The notes under the pieces were generated by a model. It did not search any database. It worked only from the letters and a program-made list of their open reading frames with translations, and was not told the origin of the DNA. Made by a program: the position numbers and the translations under genes. Source: a virus. From it: a DNA stretch of 64,000 nucleotides. The stretch is taken from positions 9,134 through 73,133 of the IMG/VR virus record IMGVR_UViG_3300043811_000050. One strand, written 5' to 3'. Each line of letters starts with the position of its first letter. Position 1 is the first letter of the stretch. Positions 1 to 9,734 of this stretch are shown piece after piece.

Positions 1-1
1 C

Positions 2-541
2 GTCTCCGTCGGCATCGCGGCCCTGGAGGGTCTGCTCAGCCCGGTGCTCATCCGCCCTCGCTCGATCGGCGGCTTCATTGCGGACGTGACCGTCGAGGAG
101 AGCGCAGACGACGAAGTTGAGATCACGCAGATACCGGTTGAGAGCGGTGCCGCGGTCACTGACCATGCCTACAAGCGCCCGGCGCGGTTGACCATTCGAG
201 CGGGCTGGTCGGACTCCTCGGCGCAGGCCGGCGGTAATCCGGTCTACGACCAGCAGGTCTATCAGGCGTTCCTGATGCTGCAGGCGTCACTCGTTCCGTT
301 TCAGGTAATCACCGGCAAGCGCATCTACAACAACATGCTCGCGCGGCGTGTCAGCCAGACGACCAGCGAGAGCACCGAAAACGCGCTGATGATGACCGTC
401 GAGTGCCAGGAGATTATCTTCGTCACGACCAGCACCACAACTGTTCCGCCGGCTGCGCAGCAGCAGAATGCTGCCGCGACTGCGCCGGTCAATCCTGTTG
501 GTCAAAAACCATTGCTACCCGCGCCGCTATTCAGGAGTTAA
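2..541 (+). CDS. Phage baseplate/tail-tube-initiator (Dit-like) protein, probably 5'-truncated
   Basis: Frame open from window start; 'EITQIPVESGAAVTDHAYKRP' and 'PFQVITGKRIYNNM' motifs typical of this myophage family; first gene of baseplate block. Confidence 0.75.
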   Translation, partial: VSVGIAALEGLLSPVLIRPRSIGGFIADVTVEESADDEVEITQIPVESGAAVTDHAYKRPARLTIRAGWSDSSAQAGGNPVYDQQVYQAFLMLQASLVPFQVITGKRIYNNMLARRVSQTTSESTENALMMTVECQEIIFVTTSTTTVPPAAQQQNAAATAPVNPVGQKPLLPAPLFRS

Positions 542-598
542 AGATGTATGACATTGACAGGGCGATGGTCCTTGTAGCCGAGCTAGAGGGTGCGGAAC

Positions 599-889
599 AT
601 GAATGATTTTGAAGAGTACGTTAGCAAAAATTGGCGCGTGTGGGATGAGACTGGCCTCGTTAGTGCTGCGCTTGGCCTCGGTGGGTCGGTCGGCGAGTGT
701 CAAGAGCGCGTCAATAAGCATATTCGCAGCATCACCGCAGCAATAAACGTTGACGCACTCAAGCTCGAATTGGGCGACGTTCTACACTACCTCGTTGTCT
801 TGGCACAGTTCCATGGACTGACGCTCGCGGAAATCGCCGAGGCGAACATGCAGAAACTAGACAATCAATATGAGAGGCGCCGTACGTGA
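599..889 (+). CDS. MazG-like nucleotide pyrophosphohydrolase
   Basis: 'LGLGGSVGECQE..K' and 'ELGDVLHYL...A...N..KL' all-alpha NTP-PPase pattern; first acidic residue degenerate. Confidence 0.75.
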   Translation: MNDFEEYVSKNWRVWDETGLVSAALGLGGSVGECQERVNKHIRSITAAINVDALKLELGDVLHYLVVLAQFHGLTLAEIAEANMQKLDNQYERRRT

Positions 890-1206
890 CTCCGTACCTC
901 ATCCCGACACAGCCTCAGGCTCAGCAGATCCAGATCACGTTGGGCACCGTCGCCTATAATCTCGTCCTGCGCTGGAACGTGCCGAACGCGAGCTGGATGA
1001 TGGACATCTTGGATGACAACGGCGACCAGATCGTCAGCGGCATTCCTGCGGTACCCGGCGAAGACCTGCTGACGCCATTCGCATATCTCGGCATCGGTGG
1101 CAGCGTCGGGGCAGGCGAGATACAGGTGCAGACGGCCAGCAACACGTTCGCGGTACCAACTTACGCCAACCTCGGTAGTGACGGCAATCTGTACTGGTTG
1201 CAATGA
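886..1206 (+). CDS. Small baseplate protein (plug/DUF6983-like)
   Basis: 'LRWN....WMMDI.D..G..IVSGIP.V.G.DLL..F.YLG' motif; position before hub gene. Confidence 0.75.
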   Translation: MTPYLIPTQPQAQQIQITLGTVAYNLVLRWNVPNASWMMDILDDNGDQIVSGIPAVPGEDLLTPFAYLGIGGSVGAGEIQVQTASNTFAVPTYANLGSDGNLYWLQ

Positions 1207-1222
1207 TGCAAGGGGAGGTCCT

Positions 1223-1423
1223 ATGTCTAAAACCAAGATTGTAGTTGTGGTGACATCAGCTTTTATTAATTCAGATGGTGAGGCTGAACCGCACATTAAA
1301 ACTGGACTCTTTTCTACAGAAGACGCGGCTAAGTCTTGGCTTGAGGGGGATGGAACGAAAGAAGAGGTCGACCATATCACGTATGCTCGGCACACCCATA
1401 GTCGCCTTCATGCGAAAGCTTAG
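1223..1423 (+). CDS. Small hypothetical protein (AT-rich insert)
   Basis: GGAGG RBS before ATG 1223; lower GC than neighbours. Confidence 0.55.
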   Translation: MSKTKIVVVVTSAFINSDGEAEPHIKTGLFSTEDAAKSWLEGDGTKEEVDHITYARHTHSRLHAKA

Positions 1424-1474
1424 TCGGTCTATCGACGATAAGTTAAAAGTACCGTTGGCACAAGTACCAGCCTA

Positions 1475-2518
1475 ATGGTCGACGCGCCCCCTAACCTCCC
1501 CGTCACGCTGCAGGCGCCTACGCCTCCGCCGAACTATCGCCAGTATCTGCGCAAGGTGGGGCTGGTGATCTATAATAATTTGGCGGGAGTTCAAGGACCG
1601 ACGCAGGGAGGGCCGCCGCTCGAATCCACGAATGCCAGCGGCATCGATGTCAGCAACATGCGCATCACTTTCCAGGTGCGTCAGTTTGATACTGCGGTGC
1701 CTAATCTCGCGACGATTCGCGTGTACAACCTCAAGGATGAGACCGCTCTGAAGATACAGAAGGAGTTCCAGTACGTCGCGCTGCAGGCCGGATACGAGGG
1801 AGGCAACTACGGTCAAATATTCCAGGGCACCATCAAGCAGTTCAAGAAGGGGCGGGTCGACAACATCACTACGTTCCTGGAGATGTTCTGCAGCGATGGC
1901 GACCAGGCGTGGAACTTCAACTACATCAATGCCGCTATTGCGGCCAATAGGACGTTTCAGCAGCAGGCTGATTTTATTCAGAATAAAATGAACCCAGATC
2001 TAAGCAACCCACAACCAGCACAGCTTCCCCAGGGAATCGGAGGTTTGACGCAGGCAAGAGGCCGCGTGCTGTTTGGCAATTCAGTAGCTAGTCTCAATGA
2101 CATCGCATTGAGCACGAATACAACCTTCAAAATCGTCAATGGGCAGTTGATTTTTACGACAATGACTGGGTACGACCCCGGTGCTGTCATCCAGCTAAAC
2201 GTCAAGACCGGCCTTGTGCTCGTACCTGAGGTCACGGATAACGGAATCATGGTCACTGCTCTTCTCAATCCGTTTTTGAGATGTGGGCGGCGGGTGCAGA
2301 TCAACAATCGCGATATCAATACGAACATTCTTACGGGCGCGGGTGCGCTGGTACAGCCGACCATTCTGGCATTCCCTGCCAGCACCGATGCAGATGGCTT
2401 CTACCGCGTCATTGTCGCCGACCATGAGGGCGACAGCCGCGGCGGGCCGTCGTGGTTCACTCGCATGACCTGCTTAGCACTGACAAGTGAGGATGGTCAG
2501 GTGGCGACGGGGGGCTGA
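1475..2518 (+). CDS. Baseplate hub protein
   Basis: 'PNLATIRVYNL', 'LQAGY..NYGQIF.G.I', 'DGD', 'LLNP.LR.G..VQI', 'H.GDSRG..W' motifs. Confidence 0.85.
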   Translation: MVDAPPNLPVTLQAPTPPPNYRQYLRKVGLVIYNNLAGVQGPTQGGPPLESTNASGIDVSNMRITFQVRQFDTAVPNLATIRVYNLKDETALKIQKEFQYVALQAGYEGGNYGQIFQGTIKQFKKGRVDNITTFLEMFCSDGDQAWNFNYINAAIAANRTFQQQADFIQNKMNPDLSNPQPAQLPQGIGGLTQARGRVLFGNSVASLNDIALSTNTTFKIVNGQLIFTTMTGYDPGAVIQLNVKTGLVLVPEVTDNGIMVTALLNPFLRCGRRVQINNRDINTNILTGAGALVQPTILAFPASTDADGFYRVIVADHEGDSRGGPSWFTRMTCLALTSEDGQVATGG

Positions 2519-2520
2519 CA

Positions 2521-2838
2521 GTGTTTCTCCACATTGGCGGACTCGTGTTCGACGCCACGCCCGAGCAGATTCAGAAGGTGATGAATCTGTACAACCGGCC
2601 AGGAACGCCGGGTGAGAAGCAGGCGGCAGAAGCAGCATTGCGGCGGATGGGCGTTGCGTCACGGTCTAAGAAGTATGAGGTCGAGGTTACTTTTGCTCAA
2701 GGAGGCAGATGGACCTGGGAAGGAGAAGCCTCCGATGAGTTAGACGCAGAACGCCAAGCCCGGGAATATTTTAAAAAGTATTTCAAGAAAGGAACTAAAA
2801 TTCCTCAGTATCAGATGCAGCGAGCAAGGCGAATATAG
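2521..2838 (+). CDS. Hypothetical protein
   Basis: 105-aa ORF exactly filling the gap between hub and spike; 'PGTPGEKQAAEAALRR' helix motif. Confidence 0.6.
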   Translation: MFLHIGGLVFDATPEQIQKVMNLYNRPGTPGEKQAAEAALRRMGVASRSKKYEVEVTFAQGGRWTWEGEASDELDAERQAREYFKKYFKKGTKIPQYQMQRARRI

Positions 2839-3665
2839 TGGACCGTCGCGAGCGAATGGGGGACCTGACGCTGCTGTTCCAGGCAGCGCTGGACGGGCAG
2901 CAGTCGAACATCTGGACGGCACTGCCTGGATACTACATTGGTCCAGGCTCCAAGATCGGTACAGCGCAGGTGCAGATCACAGTGCAGGGGCGATTCCTCA
3001 ACCAGGACGGTGAGACATGGGGGCCGTGGCAAAGCATCCAGCCGTGCCAGGACTGCCCGATCAGCTGGCCAGGCGGCAGCCGTGGCCGGCTGGTGTGGCC
3101 GTTGGCCACCGGCGACGAGGGCCTGATCGTGTTTGCTAGCCGGTGCATCGACAACTGGTGGCTGCAAGGTGGCCCGCAGCCTCCGGCCATGATTCGGATG
3201 CACGATCTCAGTGACGGCATCTTTATTCCGGGCATATTCAGCCAGCCTAATGCCCCCGCCGCCACGACGCCACCCGCCAACATGCGGTTGACCAGTAATG
3301 ATGGGCTGACCTACCTCGAGCTGAACGATGTTGGTCAGATCATTAACGTAGTGGCTCCGGGTGGCATTAATCTCGACGGTCCAATGAACTTCACTGACAA
3401 CGCCCAGCTCATGGGGAACGTGAAAATCACAGGCACCTTGGAGGTGACCGGCGCTGTCACCGCGGACGCCGGAATGACCGTTACTGGCACTTTGGCTGCT
3501 AACGGGGGGGCTGCTGTCACAGGCGCGCTGACGGCTACCGGGGGCATTACTGCCGGCCAGGGCGGCGCCGACAGTGTGACGCTGCAGGGGCATACTCACT
3601 CGTACCAGGAGCCTACGGGCGCGAGCGCGCCGGCTCCGACTGCGGCGCCGAAGGCAGGAACATGA
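2838..3665 (+). CDS. Baseplate spike/puncturing protein (Gp138/gpV-like)
   Basis: 'TALPG', 'GDEGLIVFASRCIDNWW', 'RMHDLSDG' N-domain; beta-helix repeats; apex 'HTH' metal motif. Confidence 0.9.
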   Translation: MDRRERMGDLTLLFQAALDGQQSNIWTALPGYYIGPGSKIGTAQVQITVQGRFLNQDGETWGPWQSIQPCQDCPISWPGGSRGRLVWPLATGDEGLIVFASRCIDNWWLQGGPQPPAMIRMHDLSDGIFIPGIFSQPNAPAATTPPANMRLTSNDGLTYLELNDVGQIINVVAPGGINLDGPMNFTDNAQLMGNVKITGTLEVTGAVTADAGMTVTGTLAANGGAAVTGALTATGGITAGQGGADSVTLQGHTHSYQEPTGASAPAPTAAPKAGT

Positions 3666-4036
3666 GGGTCCGTGCTCTATCCGCGACTGGCGACTTCACC
3701 TGGGGCCAGGGCGGCGGCAACTACCTGGTCGACAGCCCGGCCGCCGTGGGCCAGCTGGTTGAAACTACGCTGCAAATGTGGCAGGGTGAGTGGTTCCTTG
3801 ATACGCTCTACGGCACCCCGTGGCTCCAGCAGATATTGGGCCAGTTCGGCGCCAAGAGCGTTGTGGATATCATCATCCAGTCGGTTATCCTCAGCACCCA
3901 GCCAGCGGGATGCGTGACGCAGATAGTCGAGTACAGCTCGACGCTGAGCGGTAGGGCGCTGACCGTACAGGCGACCATCGACACTCAGTTCAGTGCGGCT
4001 GGGCAGTCGACTACAGTGATCAACGTAGAGATATGA
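3662..4036 (+). CDS. Baseplate wedge subunit (gp25/gpW-like)
   Basis: 'MRVRAL...GD.T.G', 'L.MWQGEWFLD...GTPW' motif; synteny. Confidence 0.8.
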   Translation: MRVRALSATGDFTWGQGGGNYLVDSPAAVGQLVETTLQMWQGEWFLDTLYGTPWLQQILGQFGAKSVVDIIIQSVILSTQPAGCVTQIVEYSSTLSGRALTVQATIDTQFSAAGQSTTVINVEI

Positions 4037-4045
4037 AAGATAATA

Positions 4046-4234
4046 TTGGATCGTCAAAAACGATTCATACGAGATGCTCCCGAGGTCCACGTAACCCAGC
4101 AAGGTTCGATGTGGAGGTATTATTATCTTCTCAAAGGTAAACTGCACCCGCACGAAATGTCCAAGCCCTACAAAACAAGACAAGAGGCTGAGATAGCTGG
4201 ACGAATGAACACGGATAAACTGGACACAAAGTGA
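4046..4234 (+). CDS. Small hypothetical protein (AT-rich insert)
   Basis: 62-aa ORF overlapping next GTG start; TTG start uncertain. Confidence 0.45.
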   Translation: MDRQKRFIRDAPEVHVTQQGSMWRYYYLLKGKLHPHEMSKPYKTRQEAEIAGRMNTDKLDTK

Positions 4235-5394
4235 CTATTCCCACTACCCAGATCACTTCTACCGGCGTCGTCGTTCCCGACTACGCCGACGTGCTCGCGG
4301 GCAGCCAGAACCTGTTCGGTTCCATCTATGGCGCCGACACGGTGCTGAATCCGAATACGCAGGACGAGCAGATGCTTGCCATCTTCGCGCAGGCCGTCTC
4401 CGCTCTCAACCAGCTCGCCGCCTCAGTCTACAATGCCTACTCGCCGGTCTACGCCCAAGGCGCTGGCCTCTCAGCGCTGGTGCTCATCAACGCGATCCGC
4501 CGGCTGGTGCCGACGTTCTCGACCTGCACCGTCACGCTGACTGGCACGGCGAATACCATCATTAACAATGGCCAAGTTGGCGATAACCAGAACCTCAGCA
4601 CGGTATGGAACCTGCCGCCGACCGTGACCATCGGGACCGGCGGTACCGTGACCGTTACTGCTACCTGTATCACACCGGGCGCTATCAACCTGAGCGCCGG
4701 TCAGCTCAGTGTCATTCTGACGCCGACGCTCAACTGGCAGTCGGTCACGAACGGATCAAACACGCCCGCAGTCGGATCGCCGGTCGAGAGCGATGCCGCG
4801 CTGCGCCAGCGCCAGGTGGTGAGCACGGCCGGGCCTGCTGTTACTCCGGCGGCATCGATCGCCGCAGCTGTTGCCAATGTGCCGGGCGTGACGAACGTGG
4901 CCTACGACAATAACGACACTGGATCGACGGACGGGAACGGAGTGCCGGGCCACACTATTTCAGTGATCGTGGTCGGCGGCGCACAGTTAGACGTCGCTAC
5001 CGCGATCTTCAACAAGAAGTCCGAGGGTACCGGCACCTACGGCAGCACCTCGCAAGTCGTAGTCGACGAGAACGGTGTATCGGACACCATCAACTTCTAC
5101 TATGCTTCGACGACTACGATCTCCGCAGTCTTTACCGTGACGCCGCTTACGGGGTACTCGCTCGCCACGGCAGCGGCTATCCAGGCAGCGGCGCTGGCAT
5201 ATATCGAGGGGCTGGACATCGGCGAGCCCGTTGTCTATTTCACGCTTGCTGGCATCGCCACGCTGCAGGGTACTCAGTATGCCAGCCAATTCAAGCTCGA
5301 GTCCGTGACCCTAAACACGGGCACCTCCGACATCACCATCGCCTTCAACGCCATCGCCGTCTCCGCGACGGCCGACCTGGTCGTAGTCAGCTAA
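4231..5394 (+). CDS. Baseplate J-like wedge protein
   Basis: 'ESDAALRQR', 'V.GV', 'N.T...D.NG.P.H.I..IV.GG' motifs; 387 aa. Confidence 0.9.
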   Translation: MTIPTTQITSTGVVVPDYADVLAGSQNLFGSIYGADTVLNPNTQDEQMLAIFAQAVSALNQLAASVYNAYSPVYAQGAGLSALVLINAIRRLVPTFSTCTVTLTGTANTIINNGQVGDNQNLSTVWNLPPTVTIGTGGTVTVTATCITPGAINLSAGQLSVILTPTLNWQSVTNGSNTPAVGSPVESDAALRQRQVVSTAGPAVTPAASIAAAVANVPGVTNVAYDNNDTGSTDGNGVPGHTISVIVVGGAQLDVATAIFNKKSEGTGTYGSTSQVVVDENGVSDTINFYYASTTTISAVFTVTPLTGYSLATAAAIQAAALAYIEGLDIGEPVVYFTLAGIATLQGTQYASQFKLESVTLNTGTSDITIAFNAIAVSATADLVVVS

Positions 5395-6057
5395 ATGCCG
5401 CTCGATTACACTCAGCCACCGTTCCCGGACAACTGGCTGGCGCTCGTCACCAGCGAGTATAACCAGCAGCCGAACTTCATGGCGATGATGGCGGGGCTTC
5501 TGCAGCCGCTCGCTGACCTATATGCAACGATCGAATCGATACCTTCCCTGTTTGACCTCGACACCGCCGTAGGCGACCAGCTCGACAAGACAGGGCAATG
5601 GATCGGCGTCACACGGTACCTGTCCGAGCCGCTGACCGGCGTTTACTTCAGCTGGGGCATCGCGGGCGTCGGCTGGGGCCAAGGCGTGTGGCATGCTCCC
5701 GGCACGCCGACGACGGAGTTAGTGGCGCTCAATGACGCCGACTATCGCATCCTGCTCTACGCCACCGCGGCGGCGAACAATTGGGATGGCACTATCCCCG
5801 GCGCCTATGACGTGTGGAACACCTTGTTCGCCAGCACCGGGCTTACCCTGCTGATATTCGACTTCCAGGACATGACGATAGGGCTGGCGCTGGTCGGCTC
5901 CCCGACCGCGGTCCAGCAGGCGCTGTTCCAGGGCGGTTACCTGAACCTTGTGCCCGCAGGCGTAGGCGTCAGATGGTACGCCATAAACCCGACGCAACCA
6001 TACTTCTACTGGGGCGTTTCAGGCTCTGGATGGGGCCAGGGCTACTGGCTAGGATGA
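5395..6057 (+). CDS. Baseplate wedge protein (DUF2612-like)
   Basis: 'FDLDTAVGDQLD..G.WIG..R', 'L.D..YR', 'N.WDGT', 'QDMT', 'PAGV'. Confidence 0.85.
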   Translation: MPLDYTQPPFPDNWLALVTSEYNQQPNFMAMMAGLLQPLADLYATIESIPSLFDLDTAVGDQLDKTGQWIGVTRYLSEPLTGVYFSWGIAGVGWGQGVWHAPGTPTTELVALNDADYRILLYATAAANNWDGTIPGAYDVWNTLFASTGLTLLIFDFQDMTIGLALVGSPTAVQQALFQGGYLNLVPAGVGVRWYAINPTQPYFYWGVSGSGWGQGYWLG

Positions 6058-6064
6058 GGAAAGC

Positions 6065-7282
6065 ATGACCGCAGAAATCGACTATATTCCGTTTGCCAAT
6101 ACTCTTGTGCCTCCAGCGGTGATGCCTCTATCCAGCTATGCGACCATAGCCGCCAGCGGGCTGTCTGTGGAGTTGGCTGACCCTACTCAGGCCAATAGAT
6201 CATGGCGCCAGAGCAGCATGTTCGCTGCCGCGCTGGCGAACATCATCAGCACGCAGCTCGGCGGTATCAATGTTCTCGACGACGGCAACCTGACTACGCT
6301 CATCACTAACCTGACCGCCGCGCTGCAGACACTCGGTGCGAGCGGCATCAGTCTCGGGTTCAATGCACCGGTCAACCTGTCGATAGGCGCCTCGGTCGGG
6401 TCCAACCAGCTGACCGTCAGCATCCTCGGTACCAACGGATCGGCGCCGAGCGCAACCAACCCCGTGACCATTCCGTTCCGTGACAGCACCATCGCCAACG
6501 GCGAGCTGGTAGCGGAAACCGTAACGGCGGCTACAACCCTCGTCATAGCATCCGGCGACACCATGGGTGCCCCCAGCGGCGTTCCGTTCCGCTTGTGGGT
6601 GGTGGCGTTCAACAACGCCAGCACCGTCGCGCTCGGTCTCATCAATTGCTCAACACCGACGACACCGATCTTCCCCCTTAACGAGGACGCTCCGCAGACC
6701 TCAGTCGCCTCTGGCTATAGCACGGCCGGCGTCTACTATACGACGAGTGTCGTCTCCGCCAAGTCAATTCGCATCCTCGGCTACATGGAGTGGGGGTCCG
6801 GTCTGACGACTGCTGGCACCTGGGCGACTGGTCCCACTAAGATTCAGCTATTCGGCCCTGGCCAGCGCAAACCGGGGGAACCGGTTCAGGGTCCAATAAT
6901 CGGCAGCGGAACTACCCAGGGGACAACGGGAACTGTGAGCGTGTTTTCTCCGTTCTCGAATCCCATCACCGCCTCCATAACGCCAACTGCATCAATGAAT
7001 TTCATTAGAGTCCGCGTGGACGGCGTTACTGAATCCAATGGGTCGGGAAGTGTGTACCAAATCGCTCGAGGATCAACCCTGATCGGAACTATTCAGGCAG
7101 CTGATGGTGCGCTCATCTCGATCTCCGTGCCCGCCCTGGATGCGCCTGGTGTCGTTACGTCGGTTACCTATCAATTATACGGTAAGCCAACATCCGGAAG
7201 TGGTCCCACTTTGTTCCCGTACACGAACGCCGGGGCGTTATCAACCGGAGGTCAGATCGAACTGGTGGAACTCATGGGGTAA
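6065..7282 (+). CDS. Tail fibre protein (short)
   Basis: N-terminal 'N..WRQSS..AAALA......DDGN..L' baseplate-attachment motif; Ser/Thr/Gly-rich beta sequence; follows wedge genes. Confidence 0.8.
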   Translation: MTAEIDYIPFANTLVPPAVMPLSSYATIAASGLSVELADPTQANRSWRQSSMFAAALANIISTQLGGINVLDDGNLTTLITNLTAALQTLGASGISLGFNAPVNLSIGASVGSNQLTVSILGTNGSAPSATNPVTIPFRDSTIANGELVAETVTAATTLVIASGDTMGAPSGVPFRLWVVAFNNASTVALGLINCSTPTTPIFPLNEDAPQTSVASGYSTAGVYYTTSVVSAKSIRILGYMEWGSGLTTAGTWATGPTKIQLFGPGQRKPGEPVQGPIIGSGTTQGTTGTVSVFSPFSNPITASITPTASMNFIRVRVDGVTESNGSGSVYQIARGSTLIGTIQAADGALISISVPALDAPGVVTSVTYQLYGKPTSGSGPTLFPYTNAGALSTGGQIELVELMG

Positions 7283-7288
7283 TTGCGT

Positions 7289-7318
7289 TATAACACTGTT
7301 ATATAGTGGGCTTATGAT
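7289..7318 (+). promoter_or_regulatory. Palindrome TATAACA-C-TGTTATA overlapping a possible promoter upstream of the lysis cassette
   Basis: Perfect 7-bp inverted repeat 7289-7303; ATAACA-N17-TATGAT; AAGGAG RBS follows. Confidence 0.4.
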
Positions 7319-7342
7319 ACAATTCAAAAAGGAGCTGTAGCA

Positions 7343-7678
7343 ATGAACCCGAACACAAACACTTGGCTCAGTTGGATTACGACCGGGATCGGCCTTGCCG
7401 GCTCCGCTGCCGCCACCAAGGGCCTGATCGATCAGAGCACGGCGACTTCGATTGCCGGCGCGGCGGCGACGCTCGTGCCGCTGCTGTGGGGGTTGTTCAT
7501 TCACCGGGACAGCAAGGTCGTTGAGACGGCGAGCGAGATCAAAGGCGTTGCGCCGATCCAGATCCAGCCTACCGCCGCACCCGCGCTCCAGACGATGGCC
7601 AAGGATGACTCGATCAAGACCGTCGTCGAGGCCGCGCCGCCGCCTTCCCCCTATGCCACCAGCAGACAGAGGCTGTAA
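7343..7678 (+). CDS. Putative holin
   Basis: Two hydrophobic helices, charged C-tail, strong RBS, upstream of endolysin. Confidence 0.6.
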   Translation: MNPNTNTWLSWITTGIGLAGSAAATKGLIDQSTATSIAGAAATLVPLLWGLFIHRDSKVVETASEIKGVAPIQIQPTAAPALQTMAKDDSIKTVVEAAPPPSPYATSRQRL

Positions 7679-8040
7679 TGGACTGGACATCAATTCTAAA
7701 TCTGCTCCCTATCGTGGTCCGGCTCGAGCCTGTCATCGCCAAGTACGGGCCGGCCGCGATTGCGCTCTACAAGGCAGACGAGCCGACCGCGCTGCAGCTG
7801 TTCTCAGACGTGGCGGCTACGGTTGGCGATTCGAGCCCCATCGCGTGGATCAATCTGGCGATCAAATGGGGGCCGACCTTGGCAACGTTCGTCCAGACCG
7901 AGGGACCGGTGGTGCAGCAGTTCATCGCGGACGTTAAGGCGGCGATCGGCACCATGCCGGTTCCGTCGATCGCGCCGGCTCCAGTTGTGGTGCCGACGGC
8001 GCCTGTGCCTCAACTGCCAGCCGGAGGCTTCACCTCGTGA
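7678..8040 (+). CDS. Hypothetical amphipathic protein with internal repeat
   Basis: Repeat 'KYGP..IAL.K.D.P...QLF.DV.A' / 'KWGP.LA.F...EGP..QQF..DV.A'; coupled to neighbours. Confidence 0.65.
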   Translation: MDWTSILNLLPIVVRLEPVIAKYGPAAIALYKADEPTALQLFSDVAATVGDSSPIAWINLAIKWGPTLATFVQTEGPVVQQFIADVKAAIGTMPVPSIAPAPVVVPTAPVPQLPAGGFTS

Positions 8041-9314
8041 ACCTCGATCCCACGCAAATCATGCTGCTCATGCTCCTTGTGAGCGTGGGCGCGGATAAGG
8101 CGCTCATATTCTATCAGGCAATCCTGCTAGCGAGGAAGAACGGTGCGCCAGCCACACAACCTGCCCTTCCTGTTGGGCCTATCCCTGCTGGGCCTGTGCC
8201 AGTTTCTCCTGGTGGTGGCGGTGTTCAATCGCCCACCGGTCCCGCTCCTCCGGCCCCGCCCGCCGTTATTCCTCCAGTCATTGTTCTCCCTCCCGCACCA
8301 CCAGCGCCCCCGGTGGTTGTCAAACCAGCCCCTGTCCCCTCCCCTGCTGCCGGCCTCCCGCGATTTACCAACATCACCACAACCAGCTTTGCCGGCGTCG
8401 GAGACAGCGAAGTCTCAAAAGAGTCCGCTTACTACCCGGAACACTACCCAAAAAAGTACGTCGAAAGCGATGACCCCGGAGCGGCCCTCCCCTACCGTTT
8501 CCCCGGAACGCCTCCTGTCATCCGAGTCTTCTTCCGCGGCAAGACCGTTGACTGCCCCGTCGTCGATGTTGGCCCTTGGAACACCCATGATCCCTACTGG
8601 GATCACGGTGCCCGTCCCCAGGCCGAGACCGGAACCGATACGACTGGCCGACATACAAATCTGGCCGGACTCGACATCACGCCCGGAGCATGGAAAGCAC
8701 TCGGCAAGACCGGCAATCTCGATGATGTCAAGGACATCACGTCATGGGATTTCGTGTCGGTGCTCGACAAAGGTAATGTACCGGCGCCAGCACCGCCAAT
8801 CACACCATCGGCGCCAGTAACTGGTGCGATCCCAGGCATCACGCACACCACCTATCCGAGCCAAGATGAAGCTTATTCATACTTCGGTGAGCCTGGATCG
8901 AACCTTGTCAAGGTGACGTGCCCATGGGTGCTGACCGTTGAGGGAACGCACGCGCAGTGGATCGCAATTAACGCGAAGTGCGCGGCTAGTCTTACAATGA
9001 TCCTCAACGCCATCTGGAACCATCCAGCGATCGGGCAGAGCCAGGACAAGATCAATGAATTCGGATACAACATCTTCGATGGTTCATATAATGATAGAAA
9101 TATCGGCGGGACTGGAACACTATCGCAGCACGCGTGGGGAGCGGCAATTGACTGGAATGCTGCGGCTAATCCGCAGCACGCCACGGCCAGCCAAACCAAG
9201 TTCAAAGAAGACAGCCTAATCGTCGTTGCGTTCAAGCAGGCCGGATGGACCTGGGGCGGCGATTGGAGTGCGAAATATAGGGACGCAATGCACACTCAAA
9301 TGTTAAGGGCCTGA
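8037..9314 (+). CDS. Modular endolysin: N-terminal hydrophobic anchor, Pro-rich linker, RlpA/DPBB-like domain, M15 Zn-peptidase
   Basis: 'VVDVGPWNTHDPYW...LDITPGAWKALG' and 'R......LSQHAWGAAIDWN...GWTWGGDW...DAMH'. Confidence 0.85.
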   Translation: MNLDPTQIMLLMLLVSVGADKALIFYQAILLARKNGAPATQPALPVGPIPAGPVPVSPGGGGVQSPTGPAPPAPPAVIPPVIVLPPAPPAPPVVVKPAPVPSPAAGLPRFTNITTTSFAGVGDSEVSKESAYYPEHYPKKYVESDDPGAALPYRFPGTPPVIRVFFRGKTVDCPVVDVGPWNTHDPYWDHGARPQAETGTDTTGRHTNLAGLDITPGAWKALGKTGNLDDVKDITSWDFVSVLDKGNVPAPAPPITPSAPVTGAIPGITHTTYPSQDEAYSYFGEPGSNLVKVTCPWVLTVEGTHAQWIAINAKCAASLTMILNAIWNHPAIGQSQDKINEFGYNIFDGSYNDRNIGGTGTLSQHAWGAAIDWNAAANPQHATASQTKFKEDSLIVVAFKQAGWTWGGDWSAKYRDAMHTQMLRA

Positions 9315-9317
9315 TCA

Positions 9318-9734
9318 ATGCCACCCAAGCGCTGTATACATTTTGACAATCCGAGAGATGCGTTCGAAAGCATGTTTATGCCAGAACCAAATTCAGGCTG
9401 CTGGATTTGGTTGGGACCGATCTTTGAAAAACGCGGCGGCTATGGCTGTTTCACAATGCGGCCTGCCGGAATAATCATGCAGCGCGCGCATCGTGTCTCA
9501 TGGAAACTGTATCGACGTGCTGATCTTCCCAAGGAAGTCCACATCCTGCATCACTGCGACAATGTGCTTTGCGTCAATCCTGACCATCTATTTGAAGGTG
9601 ATCAAGCCGCCAATATGCGGGACAAGTCATTGAAAGGACGTCAATTGCGCGGCAAGAACCATCCAAAATATAAGCACGGGCTCTATGTTGGTGACAAAGC
9701 CAATCCAGAATATACACAGCCGAGGGACCGATGA
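9318..9734 (+). CDS. HNH homing endonuclease
   Basis: 'PEPNSGCWIW.G...GYG', 'AHRVSW', 'LHHCDN..CVNPDHL..G....N..D...KGR'. Confidence 0.9.
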   Translation: MPPKRCIHFDNPRDAFESMFMPEPNSGCWIWLGPIFEKRGGYGCFTMRPAGIIMQRAHRVSWKLYRRADLPKEVHILHHCDNVLCVNPDHLFEGDQAANMRDKSLKGRQLRGKNHPKYKHGLYVGDKANPEYTQPRDR

